41,522 bases of DNA. Origin: Octopus bimaculoides. Taxonomy: Eukaryota. The position numbers were made by a program, and so were the translations under genes. This document shows positions 12,263 through 22,729 of this stretch, piece after piece (positions within the stretch are counted from its first letter, which is position 1; every line of letters starts with the position of its first letter). The notes under the pieces are model-generated. The model did not search any database, was not told where the DNA came from, and was given only the letters and a program-made list of their open reading frames with translations. The stretch is from contig NC_068983.1 of the NCBI RefSeq assembly GCF_001194135.2, forward strand, positions 138,310,491-138,352,012. Reading direction: 5' to 3'.

Positions 12263-14694
12263 TACAGAAAGAGAGTAGAAGAAAGAAATAATCTTTGAAT
12301 TCCATAAACTTTTGCTTCCTTTGGGTATTATCGATGTTTAGTCTTCGCGCAACACATTTAGAACAAATCTTTCTGGCAGAATTCATATATTCTAAAAGTT
12401 TCTCACTAGAGATTTCTCCACAAACACTGGAAACTAATGAAAGACTCGTTAAATTTACTCAGCTTCTAGTAACTCCAACGATAAACTTAGTGGTATCAGG
12501 TTAAAGACGAGTCCACTATGTGCAATGTGGTTTCACACAGGCAGCGTGGGACGTAGGATATGAACTACGATCTTTAAGAAGCTAGATCAATTTACGAAAA
12601 ACTTAAGCAGATAGGATTATTGCACAGCCATACATATTACTATGAGTGCCGATATACGATTGGCGGTTTATGTTTTGTTTTAATGACCTCTGTAAAATTA
12701 GGGCATATTATGAATGATAAACACCTCTTTATAACAAAAATACTCGCGTGGTAAACCAATAAAAAAACCCTGGAAGAACAGGTTATTAAGCTTATCTGTA
12801 CGTAAACATTTGTAATGGAGCGTCTAAAATAATGAAGAAGGGAAAATTAGTGTTACTTAATTTTCTACAAAACATTTCAAGTTACCTGTGATTCGCTGGT
12901 AAGTAATAATACATACATTTTAGAATATTTATGTTTTTACATTCAAATCTCTTGTATTAAAATAGATTAACCCTAGATCTGTTATTACGTATTGGAATTT
13001 TACTTCTAGAAATATATTGAATCTTATCTAGAAAACCGATATTCCGCACAGCCTTCTAAGAAAAATGGAAGGGTCCCATAAACATGCAACGAAAACAAAG
13101 AGTTAGGCTTATATNNNNNNNNNNGTGTGTGTCTGTATCTGTGTCTGTGTCTGTGTGAGTGTGTTTGTGTATACATATATGCATGTGTATTCTTACTCCC
13201 GCTTAGCACAAAATAATTTGAAGATGACGTTTTTTAAGGGCTTATATATTCATTTAAACATGAAAGAAAAAATTCTCAGCAAAGTTTTCAAGCTCACTTA
13301 GGTCATTGAAAGAATCCTATGCAGTAGTTTAATGGACTATACTAGGTCAGCTTAAACAGTATCAATGCAGGTCTTTCCTATGTGAAATATTTTCCTATTG
13401 TTTCAGGACATATGCTCTGAATGAAATGTCTGTGCTTTTACGTTTCTTCAGGTACGCTTATAGATATTTGTGAGATGATAATTTATTGTCTAACAGAAAC
13501 ATTTTCAACATTCCTCTTGGACAATGTTTGAGAATAATGCCACCTCTCTATGAGGAACATTTGCAACTTTGTTTCTTTTTACATCATAAAATTTCTCTTG
13601 TGAAACATATGACATCCGCATGTAAGCTTTTAGCTTTGCATGTTGTTTTTATTTATATTTCTGTTGGCAAACTTTGTATTCAAATATATTCAATTCTCTG
13701 TACCTCCCAATCTTCTTTATATATCATAAATATCTCTTCTATAACAGCTAACCATATTGTAAATTTTAATTCTGTTTCAAACTATAATTTATATATGCAC
13801 TCTATTGATCTTTAATCACCTTTTGCCATATATATTCATACGTTCATATATTTATTGAATGCATGTATGTGTATATGTAAGTATGTATGTATGTATGTAT
13901 GTATGTATCTGTCTGTCTGTCTGTCTGTCNNNNNNNNNNNNNNNNNNNNNNNNNNNNNNNNNNNNNNNNNNNNNNNNNNNNNNNNNNNNNNNNNNNNNNN
14001 NNNNNNNNNNNNNNNNNNNNNNNNNNNNNTCACGCCAAATCAGGAAATAGTCACATTTCTTAACTTGCGTATTGTCTTTCCTTTAAGAACTAAATCTCCT
14101 TAATTCCTTTGTAGCTTTTCTTTCTTTTTTTTTTTCAGCACGTTTCTGTATATCATAGCCGTTCGGTTATTACCATGTTAATTATTAATACGTAATTGTC
14201 ATTTTTGCACGGTGAATGCCAGGTTTATGAGATGAACGCATGTCTGTATGCTGACGTTTCATAGGGTCTCTACATTGTCATTTTCTAAGACAGGTGGAAT
14301 TTTAAATGAATTCTACACAAATATCTCTTTCAAATTGGGTGGCTCGGCCTATAAAGAGCAGCATAGGAATGCTGTTGTGTCTCCACGTATATTTGCTGAG
14401 AGCTAGACATCTTCATACAATATGATATATTGTTTCAAAAACATGGATCACTAAGGCGACATTTATCAACTCTATTGTAGCAATTGTAAATATTTCCCTC
14501 AATGAATCAAGAGGCCATGTCCTGCTTCTGTTCGGTGAATTGGTACTCCAATTGTTCGTTCAAGATGGGGCGTCAATTTATTTTTAAATTGATCAATATG
14601 TTAACCAGAGCAACAACAACAACAACAACAACACACTCGTATGTGTATATATAAATACATACATGCATGTATGCATTTATATATATACACATAC

Positions 14695-14746
<52 letters not shown>

Positions 14747-15684
14747 GTGTATTGTTGTATGTATATATGTATATATATATATATATATATANNNNNNNNN
14801 NNNNNNNNNNNNNNNNNNNNNNNNNNNNNNNNNNNNNNNNNNNNNNNNNNNNNNNNNNNNNNNNNNNNNNNNNNNNNNNNNNNNNNNNNNNNNNNNNNNN
14901 NNNNNNNNNNNNNNNNNNNNNNNNNNNNNNNNNNNNNNNNNNNNNNNNNNNNNNNNNNNNNNNNNNNNNNNNNNNNNNNNNNNNNNNNNNNNNNNNNNNN
15001 NNNNNNNNNNNNNNNNNNNNNNNNNNNNNNNNNNNNNNNNNNNNNNNNNNNNNNNNNNNNNNNNNNNNNNNNNNNNNNNNNNNNNNNNNNNNNNNNNNNN
15101 NNNNNNNNNNNNNNNNNNNNNNNNNNNNNNNNNNNNNNNNNNNNNNNNNNNNNNNNNNNNNNNNNNNNNNNNNNNNNNNNNNNNNNNNNNNNNNNNNNNN
15201 NNNNNNNNNNNNNNNNNNNNNNNNNNNNNNNNNNNNNNNNNNNNNNNNNNNNNNNNNNNNNNNNNNNNNNNNNNNNNNNNNNNNNNNNNNNNNNNNNNNN
15301 NNNNNNNNNNNNNNNNNNNNNNNNNNNNNNNNNNNNNNNNNNNNNNNNNNNNNNNNNNNNNNNNNNNNNNNNNNNNNNNNNNNNNNNNNNNNNNNNNNNN
15401 NNNNNNNNNNNNNNNNNNNNNNNNNNNNNNNNNNNNNNNNNNNNNNNNNNNNNNNNNNNNNNNNNNNNNNNNNNNNNNNNNNNNNNNNNNNNNNNNNNNN
15501 NNNTATATATATATAAACAGCAAAGTCAGTCGCCACATCAAAGTGGCTGTTGAATGTTACTACAAGTTTAACCCCAGGCAGATTCTCCGCCAGTTGGTTA
15601 TCGGTGCGACACTCTGCACGCTTTATATGCAAAATATTGTTAGCTGGGGAGCGAACGCCTACCACCCTCTTGCAGGTAACTAGA

Positions 15685-15733
15685 TCACGAGACTAACTCA
15701 GTTTCGAGCTTTTTGGCTCATCCTCAGTCGCGA
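15685..15733 (-). ncRNA. Type I hammerhead ribozyme (extra U between A9 and G10.1)
   Basis: Minus strand reads UCGCGA-CUGAGGA-U-GAGC-CAAAAA-GCUC-GAA-ACU-GAGUU-AGU-C-UCGUGA. Stem I is 6 bp (one G:U), stem II 4 bp and stem III 3 bp; predicted GUC cleavage is between 15691 and 15690. Confidence 0.8.
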
Positions 15734-15743
15734 GCACCTGCAT

Positions 15744-15798
15744 GCCAGAGCGATAGCCAGAGCGATAGCCAGAGCGATAGCCAGAGCGATAGCCAGAG
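15744..15798. repeat. 12-bp minisatellite (GCCAGAGCGATA) x4.6
   Basis: Four perfect units at 15744-15791 plus GCCAGAG. Confidence 0.95.
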
Positions 15799-16037
15799 TC
15801 CGCTACCGCTAACAGTATACTGGAAACAAAGTGACCATTGGTCACTGGTTTGCAACAAGCAAAATAGGTAGTTGTAAAATGTCAAGAAGACATCAGAGTA
15901 GTAACTATACTGAACAGTAAAGACGGTCCCCACATCAAAGAGGCTGTTGAATGGTTACCACAAGTTTAGCCCCAGGCAGATTCTCCGCCAGCCGGTCATC
16001 GGTGGATATAGTAGATGGAAACTGAAAGACACCCGTC

Positions 16038-16101
<64 letters not shown>

Positions 16102-16629
16102 NNNNNNNNNNNNNNNNNNNNNNNNNNNNNNNNNNNNNNNNNNNNNNNNNNNNNNNNNNNNNNNNNNNNNNNNNNNNNNNNNNNNNNNNNNNNNNNNNNN
16201 NNNNNNNNNNNNNNNNNNNNNNNNNNNNNNNNNNNNNNNNNNNNNNNNNNNNNNNNNNNNNNNNNNNNNNNNNNNNNNNNNNNNNNNNNNNNNNNNNNNN
16301 NNNNNNNNNNNNNNNNNNNNNNNNNNNNNNNNNNNNNNNNNNNNNNNNNNNNNNNNNNNNNNNNNNNNNNNNNNNNNNNNNNNNNNNNNNNNNNNNNNNN
16401 NNNNNNNNNNNNNNNNNNNNNNNNNNNNNNNNNNNNNNNNNNNNNNNNNNNNNNNNNNNNNNNNNNNNNNNNNNNNNNNNNNNNNNNNNNNNNNNNNNNN
16501 NNNNNNNNNNNNNNNNNNNNNNNNNNNNNNNNNNNNNNNNNNNNNNNNNNNNNNNNNNNNNNNNNNNNNNNNNNNNNNNNNNNNNNNNNNNNNNNNNNNN
16601 NNNNNNNNNNNNNNNTATATATATATATA

Positions 16630-16790
16630 GTTGAAATTTACAGAAAAACAAAAACGAAGACAGGTGTATAAACAAGCAGGTGTATTAATTTGAACCTCGG
16701 GAAAATGAGAAAGTCGTTTACGTTTCGAGCCTACGCTCTTCAACAGAAAGGAACACGATGAAATAAACAGACAGAGAATCAAAAAAGGTT
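16630..16790 (-). mobile_element. Copy 2 of short hammerhead-bearing dispersed repeat
   Basis: Homologous to 21780-21930; flanked by (TA)n on both sides. Confidence 0.8.
16715..16750 (-). ncRNA. Minimal type I hammerhead motif, degenerate
   Basis: CUUU-CUGUUGA-A-GAGC-GUAG-GCUC-GAA-ACGU-A-AACG. Position 6 is U and stem I has one mismatch. Confidence 0.5.
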
Positions 16791-17065
16791 GTGGATTTAG
16801 CTATATATATATATATATTCATGTGTGCTTATTTTTACACACATATATTTCATAGTTGTGAATTTATGTGTTGAAACGTATTATGTTGTATCTCTGAAGG
16901 GTGGATGATTATACCAGTAATATGTAATCGAAGGTTCGATAGATCAGTTAGATAGATTTGAGATAATCCTTTCATCGCTATTCGCGAGATCATCAATATC
17001 GTCCTTTCTACCCCTGGTTAACTCCAGGTTTGTCTCTCGTCCCCTTGTTTACAACTTTATACTCA

Positions 17066-17237
17066 TATTCTTTTCTACTCTAGGCCCAAGGCTTGAAATT
17101 TTTGGAGAGGGGCGGGGGCAGTCGATTAGATCGACCCCAGTACGTAACTGGTACTTAATTTATCAACTCCCAAAGCATGAAAGGCAAAGTCGATCTCGGC
17201 GGAATTTGAACTCAGAACGAAAAGACAGACGAAATAC
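17066..17237 (-). mobile_element. tRNA-derived SINE family A (tail type i), 5'-truncated
   Basis: Core aaggcaaagtcgatctcggcggaatttgaactc (B-box GAGTTCAAATTCC on the minus strand), shared with six other copies in the window. Confidence 0.85.
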
Positions 17238-17261
17238 TTCAATATTCATATTGATATGGAT

Positions 17262-17580
17262 GTGGTGAAGGCGTGTGGTCTAGTGGTAAGAGTATTCAGC
17301 TCAAGATCGTATGGTTCTGAGTTCGATTCCTGGCGGCGCGCTCTGTCCTTGAGCAAAACATTTTACTTCACGTAGTTACGGTCCACTCAGCTGGCAAAAA
17401 GTCAGTTGTACTTGTAACTCAATAGGCCAGACTTGTCCCATTCTGTGTTACACTGAATCTCTCCGAGAACTATGTTAAAATTACGCATGTCTGTGGAGTG
17501 CTCAGCCACTTTCATGAGCAGGTTATTCCGTTGATTGGATCAACTGGAACCCTTCGTCGTCAGAACCGATGGAGTGCCAG
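17262..17580 (+). mobile_element. tRNA-derived SINE family B
   Basis: A-box tggtctagtgg (17276) and B-box gagttcgattcc (17319), then gtccttgagcaaaac; colinear with 19063-19379. Confidence 0.88.
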
Positions 17581-18115
17581 TTTATGGATGTGAGTGAGAA
17601 CGCATGTGAGAGATGGAATCAGAGAGAGAAAGAGAAGGTACATGCGCGTGTGTGTGTATGTATATTTATGCATGAGAGTGTGCGTTCATGCATTTTAGAG
17701 CGCTAGTGTGTATGTGTGTGGGCGCGCGCGTTTCTGTGACGGTGGATTCTATACGTGTGTGAGAGAGAACAATATTGTTTTAATTTTCCAGCTTGGTATT
17801 TCGTATATTTGAGTTTTCTTATCACCGAATTGATGGAATTGGTATACTGCCTGGAATTGGTACATTTTTTTATGAAGCGAAGCTGTCAGATAGTTATTCG
17901 GATCTTCAGACAGCAGAATACGGCACCTTTCTCTCTTGCTAGAACTTAGAATATTCCGTTTTTGTATTTGGTTCGCAAGATTTTTTATGTGAACTCGTGT
18001 CATGAAACGTATTCTGTTGTATGGTGGGCCATTTTGCCAATAATGAACACGCACACTGGTTCGAAATCATTTCATTGTTTTTCAATTGGTTAACTATTAT
18101 ATAATATTTTATCAC

Positions 18116-18270
18116 CGACCCCAGTGCGTAACTGGTAGTCAATTTATCGACCACGAAAGGATGAAAGGCAAAGTCGACCTCGGCGGAATTTGAACTCGGA
18201 ACGTAGCGGCAGGCGAAATACCTCTAAGCATTTCGCCCGGCGTTCTAACGTTTCTGCCAGCTCGCCGCCT
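18116..18270 (-). mobile_element. SINE family A, head and core
   Basis: cgaccccagtgcgtaactggta..gcaaagtcgacctcggcggaatttgaactc..ctgccagctcgccgcct. Confidence 0.88.
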
Positions 18271-18578
18271 GATGAATTAATATATTGATAGATGAATATA
18301 GTCAACGATTTCGACGTGTCATTCAAAATCTAAAGAGCAGTGGCGTATGTTTTGATCCGTTCCTCCTCCAGTTTTTACGATCAACTAAATTGCTACCTAT
18401 TTGTAATGTCTTAATGGAAGCGATTGGGCATTCTTCAACAACTGAATCCTGGACGTAATCACCTGATAAAGCTGACCCATGAACAAGTTACGATTATCAA
18501 TGAGTTTTATTAATTCGATTGCAATCATGAAAGCTTGAAAAGATCAATACTTAAGTGCTACATTGAGGATACGTCTAC

Positions 18579-18581
<3 letters not shown>

Positions 18582-18663
<82 letters not shown>

Positions 18664-18664
18664 C
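18582..18664. repeat. (TC)n microsatellite
   Basis: Directly visible. Confidence 0.95.
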
Positions 18665-19062
18665 CGTGTACCATTCTCTCACAACAAGAATCACAACACA
18701 AAACCAAAACTGGAGAGGCAAACATTAGTGGACAACACATCCATATTTGACAGACTTTCCCTTAAAATAGACGTGTTATGATGTAATACTCAACACACAG
18801 CACAGAATTAAAATAAACAAATATAAACATCAATCTGGTGGTATATAAAGCTTAGGGTCAATTCCGGAAGCAAGGGCTACACCAATCCCATTGGTCTTTG
18901 TTTACTGCAAAGGGATGACAACACACGCCAACATCACTTCATCCAGAAGTTGAGACGGCAAAGGGTAAGGTATGTCGATGATGGATTTTAGCGATATTAC
19001 TTTTTTCATGACTGTTTAAAACAGTCTGCAAAAAGTAATATCTCTAAATCTATGGAGTTCAA

Positions 19063-19379
19063 GTGAAGGCGCGTGACTTAGAGACTAGGGTATTCGGGGC
19101 ACGATCGTAAAGTCGTGAGTTCAAATCCTGGCAGCGCGCTCTGTCCTTGAGCAAGACTCTTTATTTCACGTTGCTCGAGTCCACTCAGTTGGCAAAAATG
19201 AGTTGTTCCTATATTTCAAAGGGACAGACTTGTTACATTCTGTGTCACGCTGAATCTCCCTGAGAGCTACATTAAGTGTCAGTGGAGCACTCAGCCACTT
19301 TCACGTCAACTTCACGAGCAGGCTGTTCCGTTGATTGGATTCAACTGGATTCCTCGTCGTCGTAAATGACAGAGTGCCA
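19063..19379 (+). mobile_element. tRNA-derived SINE family B, second copy
   Basis: B-box gagttcaaatcc; colinear with 17262-17580. Confidence 0.88.
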
Positions 19380-19470
19380 TTTCTTAGCTGGAATTCATAT
19401 AGAACTGTGAAAAAAAATCTAGTTTAAAAAACACTTGAAAAGACTTGTATTTGGTAATCGTTGTGCATGA

Positions 19471-19757
19471 GCGAGTCCAAGAAAGTGACCGACAACACCA
19501 CCAAAAGTAAGGTACGGGTAAATCTCTGAGAGATGACGGATTCTTCACTCAGCACTAAGGGGTGGATGAAACACAAAAGTATGCTGACAGTAATAAATCT
19601 AAGCGCTTCTACGATGCCTTGAAAGCTATCTAGAGGCCACAGTCCTCCGGAACATCACTGCGCAGTGCTAACGGAACAACACACCTCACTGGCAAAAACG
19701 CAATCCTGGAAAAGTGGGTAGAGCGCTTCAACGACGTTCTGAACAGGCCTTCCTCTT
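19471..19757 (+). mobile_element. RTE-clade LINE fragment (region between APE and RT)
   Basis: Translates to SKVRVNL*EM..DETQKYADSNKSKRFYDALKAI*RPQSSGTSLRSANGTTHLTGKNAILEKWVERFNDVLNRPSS, which resembles the RTE/BovB 'FYDALKAVYGP..ILERWAEHFNSVLNRPS' segment. Confidence 0.8.
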
Positions 19758-20586
19758 TAATAAGTGTGTCTGCGTGTATGTGCGTGCGCGGATACACAAC
19801 TTTTGCCAATGTACTTTTATTCGAAAACTACAAATATCAAGAGAGAACAGAAAAAAAAAAGGAAAACTGTTTTTTTTTTTTTAAAAAACGACGTCCCCTG
19901 AGGTAGTTGTTCTGCATCGAATTAGAGAAACTCCCTTGCCATGCAATTTTCACAAATTTCAGTATAAATCAAATGAAAAGCTGCAACTGATTGAAATCGA
20001 ATCTCGTTATGTTCCCACCCATATTGTCCCCTTATTACACNNNNNNNNNNNNNNNNNNNNNNNNNNNNNNNNNNNNNNNNNNNNNNNNNNNNNNNNNNNN
20101 NNNNNNNNNNNNNNNNNNNNNNNNNNNNNNNNNNNNNNNNNNNNNNNNNNNNNNNNNNNNNNNNNNNNNNNNNNNNNNNNNNNNNNNNNNNNNNNNNNNN
20201 NNNNNNNNNNNNNNNNNNNNNNNNNNNNNNNNNNNNNNNNNNNNNNNNNNNNNNNNNNNNNNNNNNNNNNNNNNNNNNNNNNNNNNNNNNNNNNNNNNNN
20301 NNNNNNNNNNNNNNNNNNNNNNNNNNNNNNNNNNNNNNNNNNNNNNNNNNNNNNNNNNNNNNNNNNNNNNNNNNNNNNNNNNNNNNNNNNNNNNNNNNNN
20401 NNNNNNNNNNNNNNNNNNNNNNNNNNNNNNNNNNNNNNNNNNNNNNNNNNNNNNNNNNNNNNNNNNNNNNNNNNNNNNNNNNNNNNNNNNNNNNNNNNNN
20501 NNNNNNNNNNNNNNNNNNNNNNNNNNNNNNNNNNNNNNNNNNNNNNNNNNNNNNNNNNNNNNNNNNNNNNNNNNNNNNNNNNNNNG

Positions 20587-20766
20587 GTGGTGGTGGTGGT
20601 GGTGGTGGTGGTGGTGGGAGGAAGGATTAGTAAGTGTTATAATTATATTTTATAAGAGAGAGGGAGGGAGGGAGGAGAGAGAGAGAGAAGAGAAGAAGAG
20701 AAAGAAGTGAAAATCGTAAACAATCGTGAGCAAGAAAATAAACGATGTAAAGTGAGAAGAAACAAA

Positions 20767-20799
<33 letters not shown>

Positions 20800-20895
20800 G
20801 AAGGAAGAAAAAAAGAAAGGACGAAAGAAAGAAAGAAAGAAAGAAAGATAGAAAGAAAGAAAAAACGAAAGAAAGAAAAGAAGAAAGAAAGACAG
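20587..20895. repeat. (GGT)n followed by purine-rich (GA)n/(GAAA)n tract
   Basis: Directly visible. Confidence 0.9.
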
Positions 20896-20985
20896 CAGTA
20901 GGAGATAGGATCGATAACATGCGTTAACACAAACACATATGCATGTATGTATGTATGTATGTATGTATGTGTATATATACATATA

Positions 20986-21035
<50 letters not shown>

Positions 21036-21408
21036 NNNNNNNNNNNNNNNNNNNNNNNNNNNNNNNNNNNNNNNNNNNNNNNNNNNNNNNNNNNNNNNNN
21101 NNNNNNNNNNNNNNNNNNNNNNNNNNNNNNNNNNNNNNNNNNNNNNNNNNNNNNNNNNNNNNNNNNNNNNNNNNNNNNNNNNNNNNNNNNNNNNNNNNNN
21201 NNNNNNNNNNNNNNNNNNNNNNNNNNNNNNNNNNNNNNNNNNNNNNNNNNNNNNNNNNNNNNNNNNNNNNNNNNNNNNNNNNNNNNNNNNNNNNNNNNNN
21301 NNNNNNNNNNNNNNNNNNNNNNNNNNNNNNNNNNNNNNNNNNNNNNNNNNNNNNNNNNNNNNNNNNNNNNNNNNNNNNNNNNNNNNNNNNNNNNNNNNNN
21401 NNNNNNNN

Positions 21409-21468
<60 letters not shown>

Positions 21469-21705
21469 TTTATATACGTGTGCATGTACGTGTATATGTA
21501 TGTATGTATGTATGTATGTATGGATGGATGGATGCGTATATGTATGCATGCATGTATGTATGCATGTAAGTCTGTATGTATGTGTGAATGTATGTATGTA
21601 TGTATGTATGTATGTATGGATGTATGGATGGATGGATGGTGTATGCATTATGTGTGTATGTATGTGTGTATATATGCATGTATGTAAGCATGTGCGTATG
21701 TATAT

Positions 21706-21745
<40 letters not shown>

Positions 21746-21780
21746 GGATGTAGGTATGTATGTACGTACGTATGTATGGT
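21409..21780. repeat. Compound (TA)n/(TATG)n/(TGGA)n/(CA)n microsatellite block
   Basis: Directly visible. Confidence 0.95.
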
Positions 21781-21930
21781 TCAAATTTATAGAAAAGCAA
21801 AAGACGAAGACAGGTGTATGAACAACAAGCAGGTGTATTAGTTTGACGCTCGGGAAAAAAGTGGAGAAGTCTTTTACGTTTCGAGCTTATGCTCCTCAGC
21901 AGAAAGGAATAAGAGAAAATAAACAGAGAA
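21780..21930 (-). mobile_element. Copy 3 of short hammerhead-bearing dispersed repeat
   Basis: Homologous to 16630-16790 and 9938-10050. Confidence 0.8.
21871..21906 (-). ncRNA. Minimal type I hammerhead motif with palindromic stem III
   Basis: CUUU-CUGCUGA-G-GAGC-AUAA-GCUC-GAA-ACGU-A-AAAG. Stem I is CUUU/AAAG, stem II GAGC/GCUC, and stem III can form only as an ACGU/ACGU dimer. Position 6 is C. Confidence 0.6.
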
Positions 21931-22097
21931 TGTCTGTATGCATGTATATATGTGCGTGTGTATTTATGCATAAATATATATACATTTATGTGTGTGTGAG
22001 AGTGTGTGCGTGTGTGAGAGGGAGAGAGAGAGGGGGGAGAAAGAGAGAGTGGGTAATACACACATACTTACACATACTCACAACACACAGTCATACT

Positions 22098-22132
<35 letters not shown>

Positions 22133-22314
22133 GACATAGCCATCACCCGTAAATAAGTATGACTTGTCAGCAAAAGCACCATGCTTTCGATAATTGTTTT
22201 AGGCACCCATGTGATCGCGGGGAGGTATGGTACGGACACTCTCTTAACTCTGCCACCGTTTGATCCAGTGCTATAACGAGGATAGGGAACAGCTAGAAAG
22301 AGAAAGAGCCACAC

Positions 22315-22463
22315 CAGTACTCACTCGGTCCGTGCTCGTTTTCAGCAGAGTGTATAAATGAAGTACGTTGCACAATGTCACAACGCATTTGCCGGGCTAG
22401 GAATTGAACCCACAGCATTATGATCGAGTGCGAAAACCCTGACTACTGGAATGCGCGCCTTCA
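22315..22463 (-). mobile_element. Diverged tRNA-SINE head
   Basis: Minus strand gtgaaggcgcgc..gggttcaattcctagc (B-box), with the same start motif as family B. Confidence 0.65.
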
Positions 22464-22498
22464 CACAAATACACACACACACACACACGCACGCACGT

Positions 22499-22529
<31 letters not shown>

Positions 22530-22532
22530 AAT

Positions 22533-22641
22533 AAGGCTTTGGTCAGGCCAAGTCTATAGTAGAAGACACTTGCCCAAGGTGCCACACAGTGGGATTGAGC
22601 CCGGAACCATGTGGTTTCGAAGCAAGCTTCTTACCACACGA
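22533..22641 (-). mobile_element. SINE family C head fragment
   Basis: tagtagaagacacttgcccaaggtgccacacagtgggattgagcccggaaccatgtgg..cttaccacac, as at 31770-31872. Confidence 0.85.
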
Positions 22642-22729
22642 CTACGTCACACCACATGTATATATTATAGTCAAAACTACAGACTGTGGGAACAATGTTA
22701 GTTTATCTAAGTGACATAGTTAAACACCC

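Larger units (their letters stand above)
15533..16004 (-). repeat. Partial tandem repeat, period 397 bp (copies 15533-15606 and 15930-16004), enclosing a hammerhead
   Basis: The two 74/75-bp copies (ccacatcaaag.ggctgttgaatg..ccccaggcagattctccgccag..atcggtg) differ at about 7 positions. Confidence 0.85.

Noticed and set aside
10200-14570. Short ORFs such as 11432-11629 and 13486-13815
   Set aside because: They are short, have no recognisable domain, and are consistent with chance in AT-rich DNA.
15823-15850. Hairpin agtgacc-att-ggtcact sharing 13 nt with the 28326 hammerhead stem III/I
   Set aside because: No adjacent GAA and no CUGANGA upstream, so it is not a ribozyme; the match may be coincidental.
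15533-16004. CRISPR-like or LTR interpretation of the direct repeats
   Set aside because: There are only two copies in a eukaryotic context, with no spacer array and no TG..CA ends, PBS or PPT.
17262-17335. tRNA gene candidate (A and B boxes)
   Set aside because: There is no proper acceptor stem and it continues into a repeated SINE body, so it is a SINE head.
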